Source: an uncultured Drancourtella sp.
GTDB taxonomy: Bacteria > Bacillota > Clostridia > Lachnospirales > Lachnospiraceae
NCBI GenBank assembly: GCA_937880845.1
Contig: CALFLL010000020.1
Span: 24,350 to 88,349 of the forward strand
DNA length: 64,000 bases
Direction: 5' to 3'
Shown here: piece after piece, positions 17,757 to 27,436 of the stretch
Numbering within the stretch: the first letter of the stretch is position 1
Layout of the letters: every line of letters begins with the position of its first letter
Notes under the pieces: generated by a model
Databases searched by the model: none
Told to the model about the DNA's origin: nothing
Seen by the model: the letters and a program-made list of their open reading frames with translations, nothing else
Position numbers and translations under genes: made by a program

Positions 17757-20700
17757 ATGTTAAGAACAGTAGTAAAAAAAGGCAGCTATCATGATTCGGT
17801 TGTCCTGATGCTTCTTACAAACCAGATCTCTACGATCGAAGGTGTAAAAAAAGTATCTATCATGATGGCAACACCTGCAAATAAAGATATTTTCAAACAA
17901 AGTGGATTGGATACAGAAGAACTGATGGAAGCAACGGCAAATGACATGGTTGTTGTAGCTGACATTGATGATGACAGTCTGTTAGACACAATTATGGAAG
18001 AAGTGGAAGAATTCTTCAAAAAACAATCTGCTTCCAACGGAGAAAAGAAAGGAACAGAAAGTGTAAAATCATGGGACAAGGCTCTGGAAAAACTTCCAGA
18101 TGCGAACCTTGCGGTAATCTCCATTCCGGGAGCATATGCAGCTCTTGAAGCAGACAGAGCACTGGACGAAGGAATGAATGTTTTTATGTTCAGTGATAAC
18201 GTTACGATTGAAGATGAAAAAAAATTAAAAGAAAAAGCACATAAAAAAGGTCTGGCAGTAATGGGACCGGACTGTGGAACAGGAATCATCCAGGGGGTTC
18301 CGATCGCTTTTACAAACAGCGTAACACCTGGTTCTATCGGCATCATCGGAGCATCCGGAACAGGTATCCAGGAGCTTACAACAATCATTGACCGTCTTGG
18401 CGAAGGTGTAAAAAATGCCATCGGAACAGGCGGACGTGATCTGTCAACAGAAGTAGGCGGAATCACAATGATGGATATGATCGATGCGATGGAAGATGAT
18501 GATACAATCAAAGTAATGATCGTTATTTCCAAGCCGCCGGCACAGGAAGTAAGAGAAAAAATCTCTGCAAGACTGAGTGTATGCAAAAAACCGGTCATTA
18601 GTTTATTCCTCGGAGAAAAACCGGAATATCATGAAGAAAACTTCTATCACACCTATACACTTGATGAAGCGGCAAGACTTGCAGTAAGCCTTGTACGAGG
18701 GGAAAAAGTAAATGAAGGAGAAGTAAAGACAGACAGATCCGAATTCTATCCGGCTGAAGCAAAGAAGACGATCAAAGCTTACTATTCAGGCGGTACACTG
18801 GCAGGAGAAGCTGCTATGCTCATTAAAGATGCACTGGCATTAAAGATCCCGCCGCAGAAGGCAGAAGGATTTATGCTGAAAACAGACGGTCATATCGTTG
18901 TGGATCTTGGAGATGATGTGTATACACAGGGCAAACCGCATCCGATGATTGATCCTGCAAAACGAATCGAATGTATGCAGGAAGCAGTAGATGATGAATC
19001 TACAGGGGTTATCTTATTTGATATCATGCTTGGTTACGGTTCTCATGCAGATATGGCGGGAGCACTTCTTCCTACAATTAAAGAATTACAGGAAAAAGCA
19101 CAGGCACAGGGCAGAAAGGTATTTTTTGTATCTACTGTCTGTGGTACAAGAAGAGACTATCAGGGATATGATGAAGCAGTAAATAAACTAAAAGAAGCAG
19201 GCGTTATCGTATGCGAAACAAACAAACTGGCAGTACGTACGGCAATTCAGGCAATCGGTCTGGATTTTGAAGAAACAGAAAAAGAAATCCGTCCAAAGCA
19301 GCCGTCTGATGCAGCAGCACATAAAGCTTCCGAAAAGCTCCTTCAGATGCTTTCCGAAAAACCGAAGGTAATCAATCTTGGACTTAGAAGCTTTGCAGAA
19401 GTAGCAGAGCAGTTTGGATGTGAAGTGGTTCAATACGACTGGAATCCACCGGCAGGCGGAAACATGGAAATGATCAAGATGCTGAATTTCCTCAGAAATT
19501 ACGAAGGATTTGATATTGATGAGGCAAACAGAAAAGTAATCGGAAAAATCGTTGCAAGCCAGCCTGTCATCAAAGACAATGTACGTGCAAAAGATGTTAT
19601 TCCGGAATTAAACGAAGGAAAAGTCATTCTTCATGCAGGTCCTCCGATCCAGTATAAAGATATGCCGGATCCGGTACAGGGATCTTGTGTTGGCGCCGTA
19701 TTGTTCGAGGAATGGGCAGATAATGAAGCAGACGCAAGAAAGCTTTTGGAGTCAGGAGAAGTAAAATTCATTCCATGTCACCATGTAAAAGCAGTCGGTC
19801 CAATGGGAGGAATCACATCTCCGAATATGGCGGTTTTTGTTGTTGAAAATACAACAGACGGCAATGAAGCATATTGTACAATGAATGAAGGTATCGGAAA
19901 GGTACTTCGTTTTGGGGCATATTCCGAAGAAGTTGTGGAAAGACTTCGTTGGATGAGAGATATCCTTGGACCTACATTAGGAAAAGCAATCCGTGAACTT
20001 GGCGGGATTAACGTAAATCCACTTATTGCAAAAGCAATCGCAATGGGTGACGAATTCCACCAGAGAAATATTGCGGCATCCCTTGCATTTTTAAAAGAAG
20101 TTGCACCGGTCATAACAAAGATGGACATGGACGATAAGGACCGTTATAATGTAATCAAGTTCTTATCCGACACAGATCAGTTTTTCCTTAATATTATGAT
20201 GGCGACAGCCAAGGCTGTAATGGATGGTGCACGTACTTTGACAGAAGGAACAATCGTAACTGCCATGTGTAGAAACGGTGTGGAATTCGGTATCCGTATT
20301 GCAGGTATGGGAGATGAATGGTTCACAGGACCGGTAAATACTCCGCAGGGACTGTATTTTACAGGATACGACGGGGAAGATGCATGTCCGGATATGGGAG
20401 ACAGTGCGATTACGGAAACGTTTGGTGTAGGCGGTATGGCAATGATCGCGGCACCGGCTGTTACAAGGTTCGTAGGGGCAGGCGGATATGAAGATGCTCT
20501 TCGTACAAGTACTGAAATGACAGAAATCACGATTGACAGAAATCCGAACTTTATCATTCCGAACTGGAATTTCCAGGGAATCTGTCTGGGAATTGATGCA
20601 AGACTTGTTGTAGAAAAAGGAATCACTCCGGTCATTAACACAGGTATTGCACATAAAATCGCAGGTTACGGACAGATTGGTGCAGGTACGGTTCATCCTC

Positions 20701-20762
20701 CGATTGAATGTTTTGAAAAAGCAGTTGCCGCATATGCGAAGAAACTTGGCTTTACTTCTTAA
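17757..20762 (+). CDS. allFG: fused FdrA-like (AllF) + DUF1116/YlbE-like (AllG) protein, oxamate carbamoyltransferase large component
   Basis: The N-terminal ~590 aa are collinear with E. coli FdrA (KKGSYHDSVVLMLL, MGPDCGTGII, GASGTGIQE, VINLGLRSFAE...YDWNPPAGGN). The C-terminal ~410 aa are collinear with YlbE (ELNEGKVILHAGPP, FIPCHHVKAVGPMGGITS, MGDEFHQRNIA, GDSAITETFGVGG). Start set to ATG 17757 (AGGAG 8 nt upstream); GTG 17748 is also possible. Confidence 0.9.
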   Translation: MLRTVVKKGSYHDSVVLMLLTNQISTIEGVKKVSIMMATPANKDIFKQSGLDTEELMEATANDMVVVADIDDDSLLDTIMEEVEEFFKKQSASNGEKKGTESVKSWDKALEKLPDANLAVISIPGAYAALEADRALDEGMNVFMFSDNVTIEDEKKLKEKAHKKGLAVMGPDCGTGIIQGVPIAFTNSVTPGSIGIIGASGTGIQELTTIIDRLGEGVKNAIGTGGRDLSTEVGGITMMDMIDAMEDDDTIKVMIVISKPPAQEVREKISARLSVCKKPVISLFLGEKPEYHEENFYHTYTLDEAARLAVSLVRGEKVNEGEVKTDRSEFYPAEAKKTIKAYYSGGTLAGEAAMLIKDALALKIPPQKAEGFMLKTDGHIVVDLGDDVYTQGKPHPMIDPAKRIECMQEAVDDESTGVILFDIMLGYGSHADMAGALLPTIKELQEKAQAQGRKVFFVSTVCGTRRDYQGYDEAVNKLKEAGVIVCETNKLAVRTAIQAIGLDFEETEKEIRPKQPSDAAAHKASEKLLQMLSEKPKVINLGLRSFAEVAEQFGCEVVQYDWNPPAGGNMEMIKMLNFLRNYEGFDIDEANRKVIGKIVASQPVIKDNVRAKDVIPELNEGKVILHAGPPIQYKDMPDPVQGSCVGAVLFEEWADNEADARKLLESGEVKFIPCHHVKAVGPMGGITSPNMAVFVVENTTDGNEAYCTMNEGIGKVLRFGAYSEEVVERLRWMRDILGPTLGKAIRELGGINVNPLIAKAIAMGDEFHQRNIAASLAFLKEVAPVITKMDMDDKDRYNVIKFLSDTDQFFLNIMMATAKAVMDGARTLTEGTIVTAMCRNGVEFGIRIAGMGDEWFTGPVNTPQGLYFTGYDGEDACPDMGDSAITETFGVGGMAMIAAPAVTRFVGAGGYEDALRTSTEMTEITIDRNPNFIIPNWNFQGICLGIDARLVVEKGITPVINTGIAHKIAGYGQIGAGTVHPPIECFEKAVAAYAKKLGFTS

Positions 20763-20788
20763 AGCAAAGGCTGGAAAGGAGAAGGTCA

Positions 20789-21724
20789 ATGGAAAATAAA
20801 AAAATTGTAATTGCCTTGGGCGGAAATGCCCTTGGCAACGACGTAGAAGAACAAAAAGAAGCTGTGGCAAAGACAGCAAAAGTAATCGTAGATCTTGCTC
20901 AGCAGGGATACCGGCTGATTGTGACACACGGAAACGGACCACAGGTGGGGATGATCCAGAATGCGATGGACAATTTTGACAAAGACCTCGCTGCGTCTAA
21001 AAAAGTTCCGCTTCCAACCAGTGTGGCAATGAGTCAGGGATATATTGGTATTGATCTGCAAAATGCAATCAAATATGAACTTTACAAACGCAATATAGAC
21101 GGAAAAGTTTCTACAATTCTTTCACAGGTAGAAGTAGACGAAAACGATGAGGCTTTTAAACATCCGACAAAGCCAATCGGAGCATTTCTTACAAAAGAAG
21201 AGGCTGAGGAAAGAGAAGCAAACGGAGTAACATGTATGGAGGATGCAGGAAGAGGTTATCGTGTAGCTGTTGCATCTCCGATGCCAAAGAAAATCCGTGA
21301 ACTGGAAACCATACGCACTTTGATGAACGCAGGACATATCGTGATCACATGCGGAGGAGGCGGAATACCTGTTATCAATAAAGGCGGAAAGCTTGTTGGA
21401 GTAAACGCCGTTATTGATAAAGATAACGTAAGTAGCCTTCTGGCAACCCAGATTGGTGCGGATTATCTTGTTATTCTTACAGCAGTAGAAAAAGTGGCCA
21501 TCAATTTCGGAAAAGAAAATCAGGAATGGCTTTCCGATCTGACGGTTAAACAGGCAGAAACATACATTGCAGAAGAACAGTTTGCAAAAGGTTCCATGCT
21601 TCCTAAGATTGAAGCGGCCATTCGTTTTGCACAGTCAGGAGAAGGCAGAAAAACTCTGATCACACTGCTTGATAAGGCGGCAGACGGAATTGCAGGAAAA
21701 ACAGGAACGGTGATTCATAAATAG
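20789..21724 (+). CDS. arcC: carbamate kinase
   Basis: KIVIALGGNALG and THGNGPQVG motifs, 311 aa. It sits immediately after the oxamate carbamoyltransferase gene, as in E. coli (ybcF/allK). Confidence 0.9.
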   Translation: MENKKIVIALGGNALGNDVEEQKEAVAKTAKVIVDLAQQGYRLIVTHGNGPQVGMIQNAMDNFDKDLAASKKVPLPTSVAMSQGYIGIDLQNAIKYELYKRNIDGKVSTILSQVEVDENDEAFKHPTKPIGAFLTKEEAEEREANGVTCMEDAGRGYRVAVASPMPKKIRELETIRTLMNAGHIVITCGGGGIPVINKGGKLVGVNAVIDKDNVSSLLATQIGADYLVILTAVEKVAINFGKENQEWLSDLTVKQAETYIAEEQFAKGSMLPKIEAAIRFAQSGEGRKTLITLLDKAADGIAGKTGTVIHK

Positions 21725-21792
21725 CAAGAAGGAAACACAGAAGATGTGACACGGAAGAACGGTATTGAGAATACTTTTTGGGAGATGAAAAG

Positions 21793-23403
21793 ATGAATAT
21801 ACCGGTTAATGTGTTTATGTGGGGATTGGCAGTCCTGCCAATCATCGTATTATTGGTGCTGATGATCAAATGCCAGTGGGGAGCAACTGAGGCCGCACCC
21901 GTAGGTCTTATCCTTACCACTATCGTTGGTATGGTATTTTATAAAGCTGATCTGAAACTGATCGTTTCAGAAGGTGCAAAAGGAATCTGGAGTGCACTGA
22001 TCATATTGCTGATCGTATGGACGGCGATTTTGCTATATCAAGTAGGAGAAGAAGCCCGTGCGTTTCTTGTTATAAGAAACGGGATGAGAAAACTTCTTCC
22101 GAATGAATTATTACTTATATTGGCAATGGGATGGATATTTGAAAGTTTTCTTCAGGGAATTACCGGATTTGGTGTCCCTGTGGCAGTGGGAGCTCCGCTT
22201 TTAATGGGTATCGGAGTACACCCGCTATGGGCAGTTATCATCCCGTTGATCGGACAATCATGGGGAAATACATTTGGAACACTTGGGGCTGCATGGGACT
22301 CCCTTGTTATGATCGTGAACTTTGGTGTCGGAAGCACGGAGTATTTAAAAACAGCACTGTGGACGGCCACATTTCTGTGGTTCTGGAATGTTATCATCGG
22401 AGTATTTATATGCTGGTTTTATGGAAAATATAAAGCAGTAAAAAAAGGATTTTTGGCTGTGGTTATCCTCTCTTTCGTACAAGGAGGAGGAGAACTGTTG
22501 CTTACGCAGGTTAATACAACGATTTCCTGTTTTGTTCCGGCATGTATTTCTCTCATCATTATTCTTTTGCTTGGAAAAACGAAGCGGTATAAAGAGGAAT
22601 GGAAGATTCAGGATAGTGACATTATGAACCGAGCTTTTGAGAAAAAGGAAACAGAAGAACTGCCGAGAGGCATGACACTTGCCCAGGCTTTTGTACCGTA
22701 TTTCCTTTTATCAATCATTGCATTGGCTGCTCTTGTAATAAAACCGATAAATGAATTTCTTGGGCAATTTCAGATTGGCTTTGCTTTTCCCGAAACATCG
22801 ACAGGATATGGATATGTAAATACCGCAACGGAATGTTTTTCACCGTTTACTCCATTTACACATGCCAGTTTGTTCCTTTTGGTTTCTTCCGTTATCGGCC
22901 TTGTTTATTATAAAAAAAGAGGATGGATTCAATCAGGTGGTGCGAAACGTGTTTTTGTTAAATCTGTTTCCATGGCAATGCCTTCAGGAATTGCCGTGAT
23001 CGGACTTGTGATCATGTCGAAGATTATGAGTGGAACGGGACAGACGGTGGTTCTTGCAAACGGTATCGAAAAAGTCCTCGGAAAATTATATGTTGTTCTT
23101 GCTCCGTTTATCGGACTTCTGGGAACATTTATGACGGGAAGTAACATGAGCTCTAACATTTTGTTCGGCAGTTTTCAGATGACAACGGCAAATCTTCTCC
23201 ATGTTGATGCAGCTATGATTTTAGGCGCACAATCTGCGGGAGGAGCAATCGGAAGTGCGGTAAGTCCAAGCAACATCATTCTTGGTACGACAACGGCGGA
23301 TATTCTCGGAAACGAAGGAAAGGCCTTAAAGAAAATTCTGACGGTGACGGCACCGGTTACGATCATTATCGGAATCGTGATGTTTATACTGACGATGTTG
23401 TAA
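21793..23403 (+). CDS. L-lactate permease (LctP, TC 2.A.14) family transporter
   Basis: GITGFGVPVAVGAPLL and GLLGTFMTGSNMSSNILFG match LldP/GlcA motifs. Start trimmed to ATG 21793 (GGGAGA RBS). The substrate is unknown. Confidence 0.8.
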   Translation: MNIPVNVFMWGLAVLPIIVLLVLMIKCQWGATEAAPVGLILTTIVGMVFYKADLKLIVSEGAKGIWSALIILLIVWTAILLYQVGEEARAFLVIRNGMRKLLPNELLLILAMGWIFESFLQGITGFGVPVAVGAPLLMGIGVHPLWAVIIPLIGQSWGNTFGTLGAAWDSLVMIVNFGVGSTEYLKTALWTATFLWFWNVIIGVFICWFYGKYKAVKKGFLAVVILSFVQGGGELLLTQVNTTISCFVPACISLIIILLLGKTKRYKEEWKIQDSDIMNRAFEKKETEELPRGMTLAQAFVPYFLLSIIALAALVIKPINEFLGQFQIGFAFPETSTGYGYVNTATECFSPFTPFTHASLFLLVSSVIGLVYYKKRGWIQSGGAKRVFVKSVSMAMPSGIAVIGLVIMSKIMSGTGQTVVLANGIEKVLGKLYVVLAPFIGLLGTFMTGSNMSSNILFGSFQMTTANLLHVDAAMILGAQSAGGAIGSAVSPSNIILGTTTADILGNEGKALKKILTVTAPVTIIIGIVMFILTML

Positions 23404-23425
23404 AAGGAAAGGATGAGAGAATACC

Positions 23426-23629
23426 ATGGAAAAGAAAAAAATCTTTCAAACGGATGCAGGAAGGCTGATCATTGCATTTCTTGCCATTATGATGGCATTT
23501 GCAGTGATCATGATTGGACTATATACAGAAAATGAACTATGCTATCTGATCGGATTTTTGGTGATTGCGGCGGCAATGCTGTATTATCCGATTAAGGTAC
23601 ACATCTATGAACGACTCAGGAAAAATTGA
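23426..23629 (+). CDS. small two-TM membrane protein, hypothetical
   Basis: 67-aa ORF with two hydrophobic helices, packed between the permease and allC. Confidence 0.45.
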   Translation: MEKKKIFQTDAGRLIIAFLAIMMAFAVIMIGLYTENELCYLIGFLVIAAAMLYYPIKVHIYERLRKN

Positions 23630-23655
23630 TTAAATAAAAAGTGAGGAAAAGAAAT

Positions 23656-24903
23656 ATGGGGATTGAAGAAATAACAGGAAGAGTTGCAAGAGATTTGGAA
23701 CACTTAAAACAATTTACGGCAACTCCGGGAGAGGGCTGTACAAGACTTCCGTTTACTAAGGAAGCACGTGAAGCAGTGAATTTCCTCAAAGAACTTATGG
23801 AAGAGGCAGGTCTTGAAGTGCATGAAGATGCAGCAGGCAATGTATTTGGAATTTTAAAAGGACAAAATCCGGAACTTCCTTGTGTTATGATGGGTTCTCA
23901 TTATGATTCGGTAGTAAACGGAGGAGACTTTGATGGGATTGCAGGCGTTGTCTGTGCGATTGAAGTTGCACGCCAGTTAAAAGAAAAAGGAATGGTACCA
24001 AAACGTAATTTTGTTGCAGTAGGATTCTGTGATGAAGAGGGAATGCGTTTCGGAACAGGATATTTTGGTTCGGGTGCCATGCTTGGAAACAGAAATCCTG
24101 AATATTGCAGAACATTTAAAGATAAAGACGGAATTTCCGTTTATGAAGCCATGAAAGAATATGGACTGGATCCGGAAAAAGTAGAAGAAGCAAAATGGCC
24201 GGAAGGGTCTATCGGATATTTTCTGGAAGCTCATATCGAACAGGGCCCGGTTCTTGATGCGGAAGAACTTGAAATCGGCTTGGTAGACTGTATTGTCGGA
24301 ATCCAGAGATATATGGTGACGGTAAACGGAAGAGCCGATCATGCCGGAACCACGCCAATGGATATGAGGATGGATGCCGTAGATGCAGCAACAAAAGTAA
24401 TTTCCAAAATTGCCGATTGGGCAAGAGAAAAAGCAGACGGAACTGTTTCGACAGTAGGATATGTTAATACGGTTCCGGGAGGAATGAATATCGTGGCTGA
24501 AAAATGTGAATTTACAGTGGATATCCGTTCTAAAAATAATGATAATATCAATGATATTGCAAATAGGATCCGTGCAGCTTTGGATAGAGAAGTAAAAGCC
24601 ATGGGTGGAACTTACGAAATCCAGAATAAGCTTACCATTACCCCTGTTGATCTTTCCATGGATATGCTGAAAGTAATGGAAGAAAGCTGTAAGGAACACG
24701 GATACAGCTACAAATACCTTCCAAGCGGAGCAGGACATGATGCACTGGAAATCGGTCAGGTAATACCGACGGTTATGTTGTTTGTTCCAAGCAAAGAAGG
24801 AAGAAGCCATTGCCCGGTAGAATTTACAAAATACAGTGATTTTGCCAAAGCATCTACGATTATGGCAGAACTTGCCGAAAAACTCCTTACAAAAAGTGAA
24901 TAA
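23656..24903 (+). CDS. allC: allantoate amidohydrolase (M20 family Zn/Mn hydrolase)
   Basis: GSHYDSVVNGGDFDG, EAHIEQGPVL, RADHAGTTPM and SGAGHDA resemble E. coli AllC. An N-carbamoyl-amino-acid hydrolase activity cannot be excluded. Start at ATG 23656 (GAGGA RBS). Confidence 0.8.
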   Translation: MGIEEITGRVARDLEHLKQFTATPGEGCTRLPFTKEAREAVNFLKELMEEAGLEVHEDAAGNVFGILKGQNPELPCVMMGSHYDSVVNGGDFDGIAGVVCAIEVARQLKEKGMVPKRNFVAVGFCDEEGMRFGTGYFGSGAMLGNRNPEYCRTFKDKDGISVYEAMKEYGLDPEKVEEAKWPEGSIGYFLEAHIEQGPVLDAEELEIGLVDCIVGIQRYMVTVNGRADHAGTTPMDMRMDAVDAATKVISKIADWAREKADGTVSTVGYVNTVPGGMNIVAEKCEFTVDIRSKNNDNINDIANRIRAALDREVKAMGGTYEIQNKLTITPVDLSMDMLKVMEESCKEHGYSYKYLPSGAGHDALEIGQVIPTVMLFVPSKEGRSHCPVEFTKYSDFAKASTIMAELAEKLLTKSE

Positions 24904-24917
24904 AGAAATCTAATCAA

Positions 24918-24955
24918 AACTACGCCGGTGGAAAATCCTATGGCGTAGTTTCCTT
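24918..24955 (+). terminator. intrinsic terminator after allC
   Basis: 10-bp stem AAACTACGCC/GGCGTAGTTT followed by a T-rich tail. Confidence 0.7.
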
Positions 24956-25006
24956 GTCTTGTGTTATACTATACTGTAAATACACTTATTATGATGATCA
25001 GAAAAG

Positions 25007-26692
25007 ATGATGAAGGTACAGATTATGGGATTTACGGTAGAAAATCTTCTGGGAGCAGAAGAAGGGAAAAAAATGACATTAATATGCGGAGAGGACGGGC
25101 TACAAAATGAAATAAAAGGTGTTACGATCATTGAGGCTCCGGATATCGTAAAGTTTATCAATGGCGGCGAGTTGCTGTTAACGGGACTATATGCCTTTAA
25201 ATCCTGCAGCATTGATGAATTTAAAAATTATATTTCGGAATTTCGGAAAAAAAATATCAGTGGTCTGCTGTTTAAAAAAGGAAGGCGGGTTGAACAGGCA
25301 GATGTCAAGATCGAACTCCTTACAGATTATGCACAAAAGCATCATATCCCACTGATAGAAGTTCCGTTTGAATATTCTTTTCAAAAGATCATGTCTTTTG
25401 TCATGGAGAATTTGTTTAATGAAGAAGTGACAAGGCTAAAGTATTATAAAGTTACACATGATAATTTTACTGCATTGTCATTTTCAAATAACAGAAAGAA
25501 AAATCCGGTGCAGGATATCCTGGATATGTTGGAAAAACTGGTACGAAATCCGGTTTCCCTATATAATCAAAATATGACCTGTTATGCCGCAACGACATGT
25601 GAAACAGAACATTTTAAGATTTTGGAGAATGTTCAGCAGTATGATCCGGGCATTATTACAAATTATCAGTATCTGATGCAGGAAGGGGAACATAACCAGT
25701 ATATTGTGAAGCTTCAATTAAATTCCGGCGGGCTTAAAATGTATCTTGTAGTTACCGAAAAAAATTCAAATTTTACGGCAATAGACTGTATTGCCATTGA
25801 AAATGCGATCGTTGCACTTCAGTATGAATTTTCAAGAGAGTTTGCGGTGGAAGAACTGGAAAAGAAGTTCCAAAACGATGTCCTGAATAACATTTTAAAC
25901 GGAAAGATTACTTCCGACACGGAACTGGAAAAAAATGCCAGACTTCTTGATATAGATAAAGACGGGTATTATAGGGTCATTGTTTTCGGGGTTGTAAATG
26001 AAGGAAAATCAAAGCCTAATATTAATGAAAAACTTCTTCATATTAATTACCTAGAAGAGGCAGTGAGGCAGCAGCTTCCCAAGCTTCGCATTCACCGGGA
26101 TATTGACAAGATCGTTGCGATACAGGATGTAGATCCGGAACTTACGCAGTCGGAATATCGGAAAGAATTAAAGAAGATGCGGGATAAAGTACAAAATGAA
26201 GTGAATTTCCGGAACAAATATCTGAAGGTGAAAGCCGGAGTAGGGAAGATTGCAGAAGGGCTCAGGCGATTGCCGGAGTCCTATAAAGAAGCAGACGATG
26301 CATTTTCTTTTATTGACATTGCGGGAGATATTGTAGATGACCGGGAGTCTTGCATTATGATGTTTTCCGATTTTGGAATATTTAAGCTGTTGTGCCAACT
26401 GAATGATCCGGAACTTCTTCTTGAATATATACCGGAGTCTTTGCAGAAGTTGTATAATTACAAAAAACCGCAGCAGGAAGACCTTGTGGAAACATTAAAA
26501 GTATATTTAAAATATAATCAGAATCTGTCAAAAACAGCACAGGATTTATATGTTCATTATAAGACAGCGGCATATCGTATTGAAAAAATTTCCAAGATTA
26601 CAGGTATGGATTTTGATAATGCAAATGAAATGCTAGCGGTCAGAATCGGACTTATAGTACAAAAAATAATAGAAAATTATAATAAAAAATAA
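25007..26692 (+). CDS. PucR-family transcriptional regulator
   Basis: N-terminal purine-catabolism PurC-like region and a C-terminal PucR HTH (LSKTAQDLYVHYKTAAYRIEKISKITG). The exact start among the ATGs at 25007/25010/25025 is uncertain. Confidence 0.85.
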   Translation: MMKVQIMGFTVENLLGAEEGKKMTLICGEDGLQNEIKGVTIIEAPDIVKFINGGELLLTGLYAFKSCSIDEFKNYISEFRKKNISGLLFKKGRRVEQADVKIELLTDYAQKHHIPLIEVPFEYSFQKIMSFVMENLFNEEVTRLKYYKVTHDNFTALSFSNNRKKNPVQDILDMLEKLVRNPVSLYNQNMTCYAATTCETEHFKILENVQQYDPGIITNYQYLMQEGEHNQYIVKLQLNSGGLKMYLVVTEKNSNFTAIDCIAIENAIVALQYEFSREFAVEELEKKFQNDVLNNILNGKITSDTELEKNARLLDIDKDGYYRVIVFGVVNEGKSKPNINEKLLHINYLEEAVRQQLPKLRIHRDIDKIVAIQDVDPELTQSEYRKELKKMRDKVQNEVNFRNKYLKVKAGVGKIAEGLRRLPESYKEADDAFSFIDIAGDIVDDRESCIMMFSDFGIFKLLCQLNDPELLLEYIPESLQKLYNYKKPQQEDLVETLKVYLKYNQNLSKTAQDLYVHYKTAAYRIEKISKITGMDFDNANEMLAVRIGLIVQKIIENYNKK

Positions 26693-26793
26693 AACCGTTG
26701 TGTTTAATGAAAGAATATGGTATTAAGGCAGATTTAAGAGAGGTTCTGGAAAGTTATATCAAATTGTAGTAAAATAAATACGAGGTGAGAAAA

Positions 26794-27318
26794 ATGGAAC
26801 TATTAGAACTTATGAGAACAAGACGCAGCATCAGAAAATATACAGATGAAGCTGTAGCTGAAGAAGATGTAAAAAAAATCGTAGAGGCCGGAATGTTATC
26901 TGCATCCGGAAAGGCAATCCGTCCATGGGAATTCATCGTTGTGACAGATAAAGAAATGCTTCTGAAAATGGCAGACTGCCGTGCGGGTTCCGTAAATATG
27001 CTTAAAGAAGCACCATGTGCGATTGTCGTAGTGGGAAACGAAGAAGCATCCGATGTATGGATTGAAGATTGCTCTGCGGTTATGAGCAATATGCACCTGA
27101 TGGCACATGCTTTGGGACTCGGAAGCTGTTGGGTACAGGGAAGACTTCGCAAAGCAGATGACGGAAGAGATACAGAAGTATTTGTAAGAGATCTTCTTGG
27201 CTACCCGGAAAACTATAAACTTCAGGCAATCCTTACAGTAGGTGTACCAAATGAAGAAAAAGCTCCGTATGAACTGGACAAACTTCCGATGGAAAAAATA
27301 CATTACGGAAAATTTTAA
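26794..27318 (+). CDS. nitroreductase-family protein
   Basis: MELLELMRTRRSIRKYTDE signature. Start moved to ATG 26794 (GAGGTGA RBS). Confidence 0.85.
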   Translation: MELLELMRTRRSIRKYTDEAVAEEDVKKIVEAGMLSASGKAIRPWEFIVVTDKEMLLKMADCRAGSVNMLKEAPCAIVVVGNEEASDVWIEDCSAVMSNMHLMAHALGLGSCWVQGRLRKADDGRDTEVFVRDLLGYPENYKLQAILTVGVPNEEKAPYELDKLPMEKIHYGKF

Positions 27319-27341
27319 GGGAAATTTTGCAGAATAAAAAA

Positions 27342-27386
27342 ATATCCTGCTTTGAAAACGAAAGATTTCAAAGCAGGATATTTTTG
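27342..27386 (+). terminator. intrinsic terminator
   Basis: 16-bp perfect stem ATATCCTGCTTTGAAA/TTTCAAAGCAGGATAT plus TTTTT. Confidence 0.85.
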
Positions 27387-27436
27387 ATGATAGGGTTTTA
27401 CATTATTATAGAGAAAAAGAAAGGAGGAAAAATTAA

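Noticed and set aside
17789-18598. 269-aa ORF antisense to the FdrA-like half of allFG. Similar ORFs are 20163-20942, 20177-20641 and 19778-20128.
   Set aside because: These are shadow ORFs on the opposite strand of a gene with very strong homology-like signal. Their composition is Ser/Ile/Pro-rich and low in complexity. They have no RBS and they span gene boundaries.
23977-24810. 277-aa ORF antisense to allC.
   Set aside because: It lies entirely inside a well-supported M20 hydrolase gene. The sequence is Phe/Ile/Cys-rich and resembles no protein. It is a typical antisense artefact.
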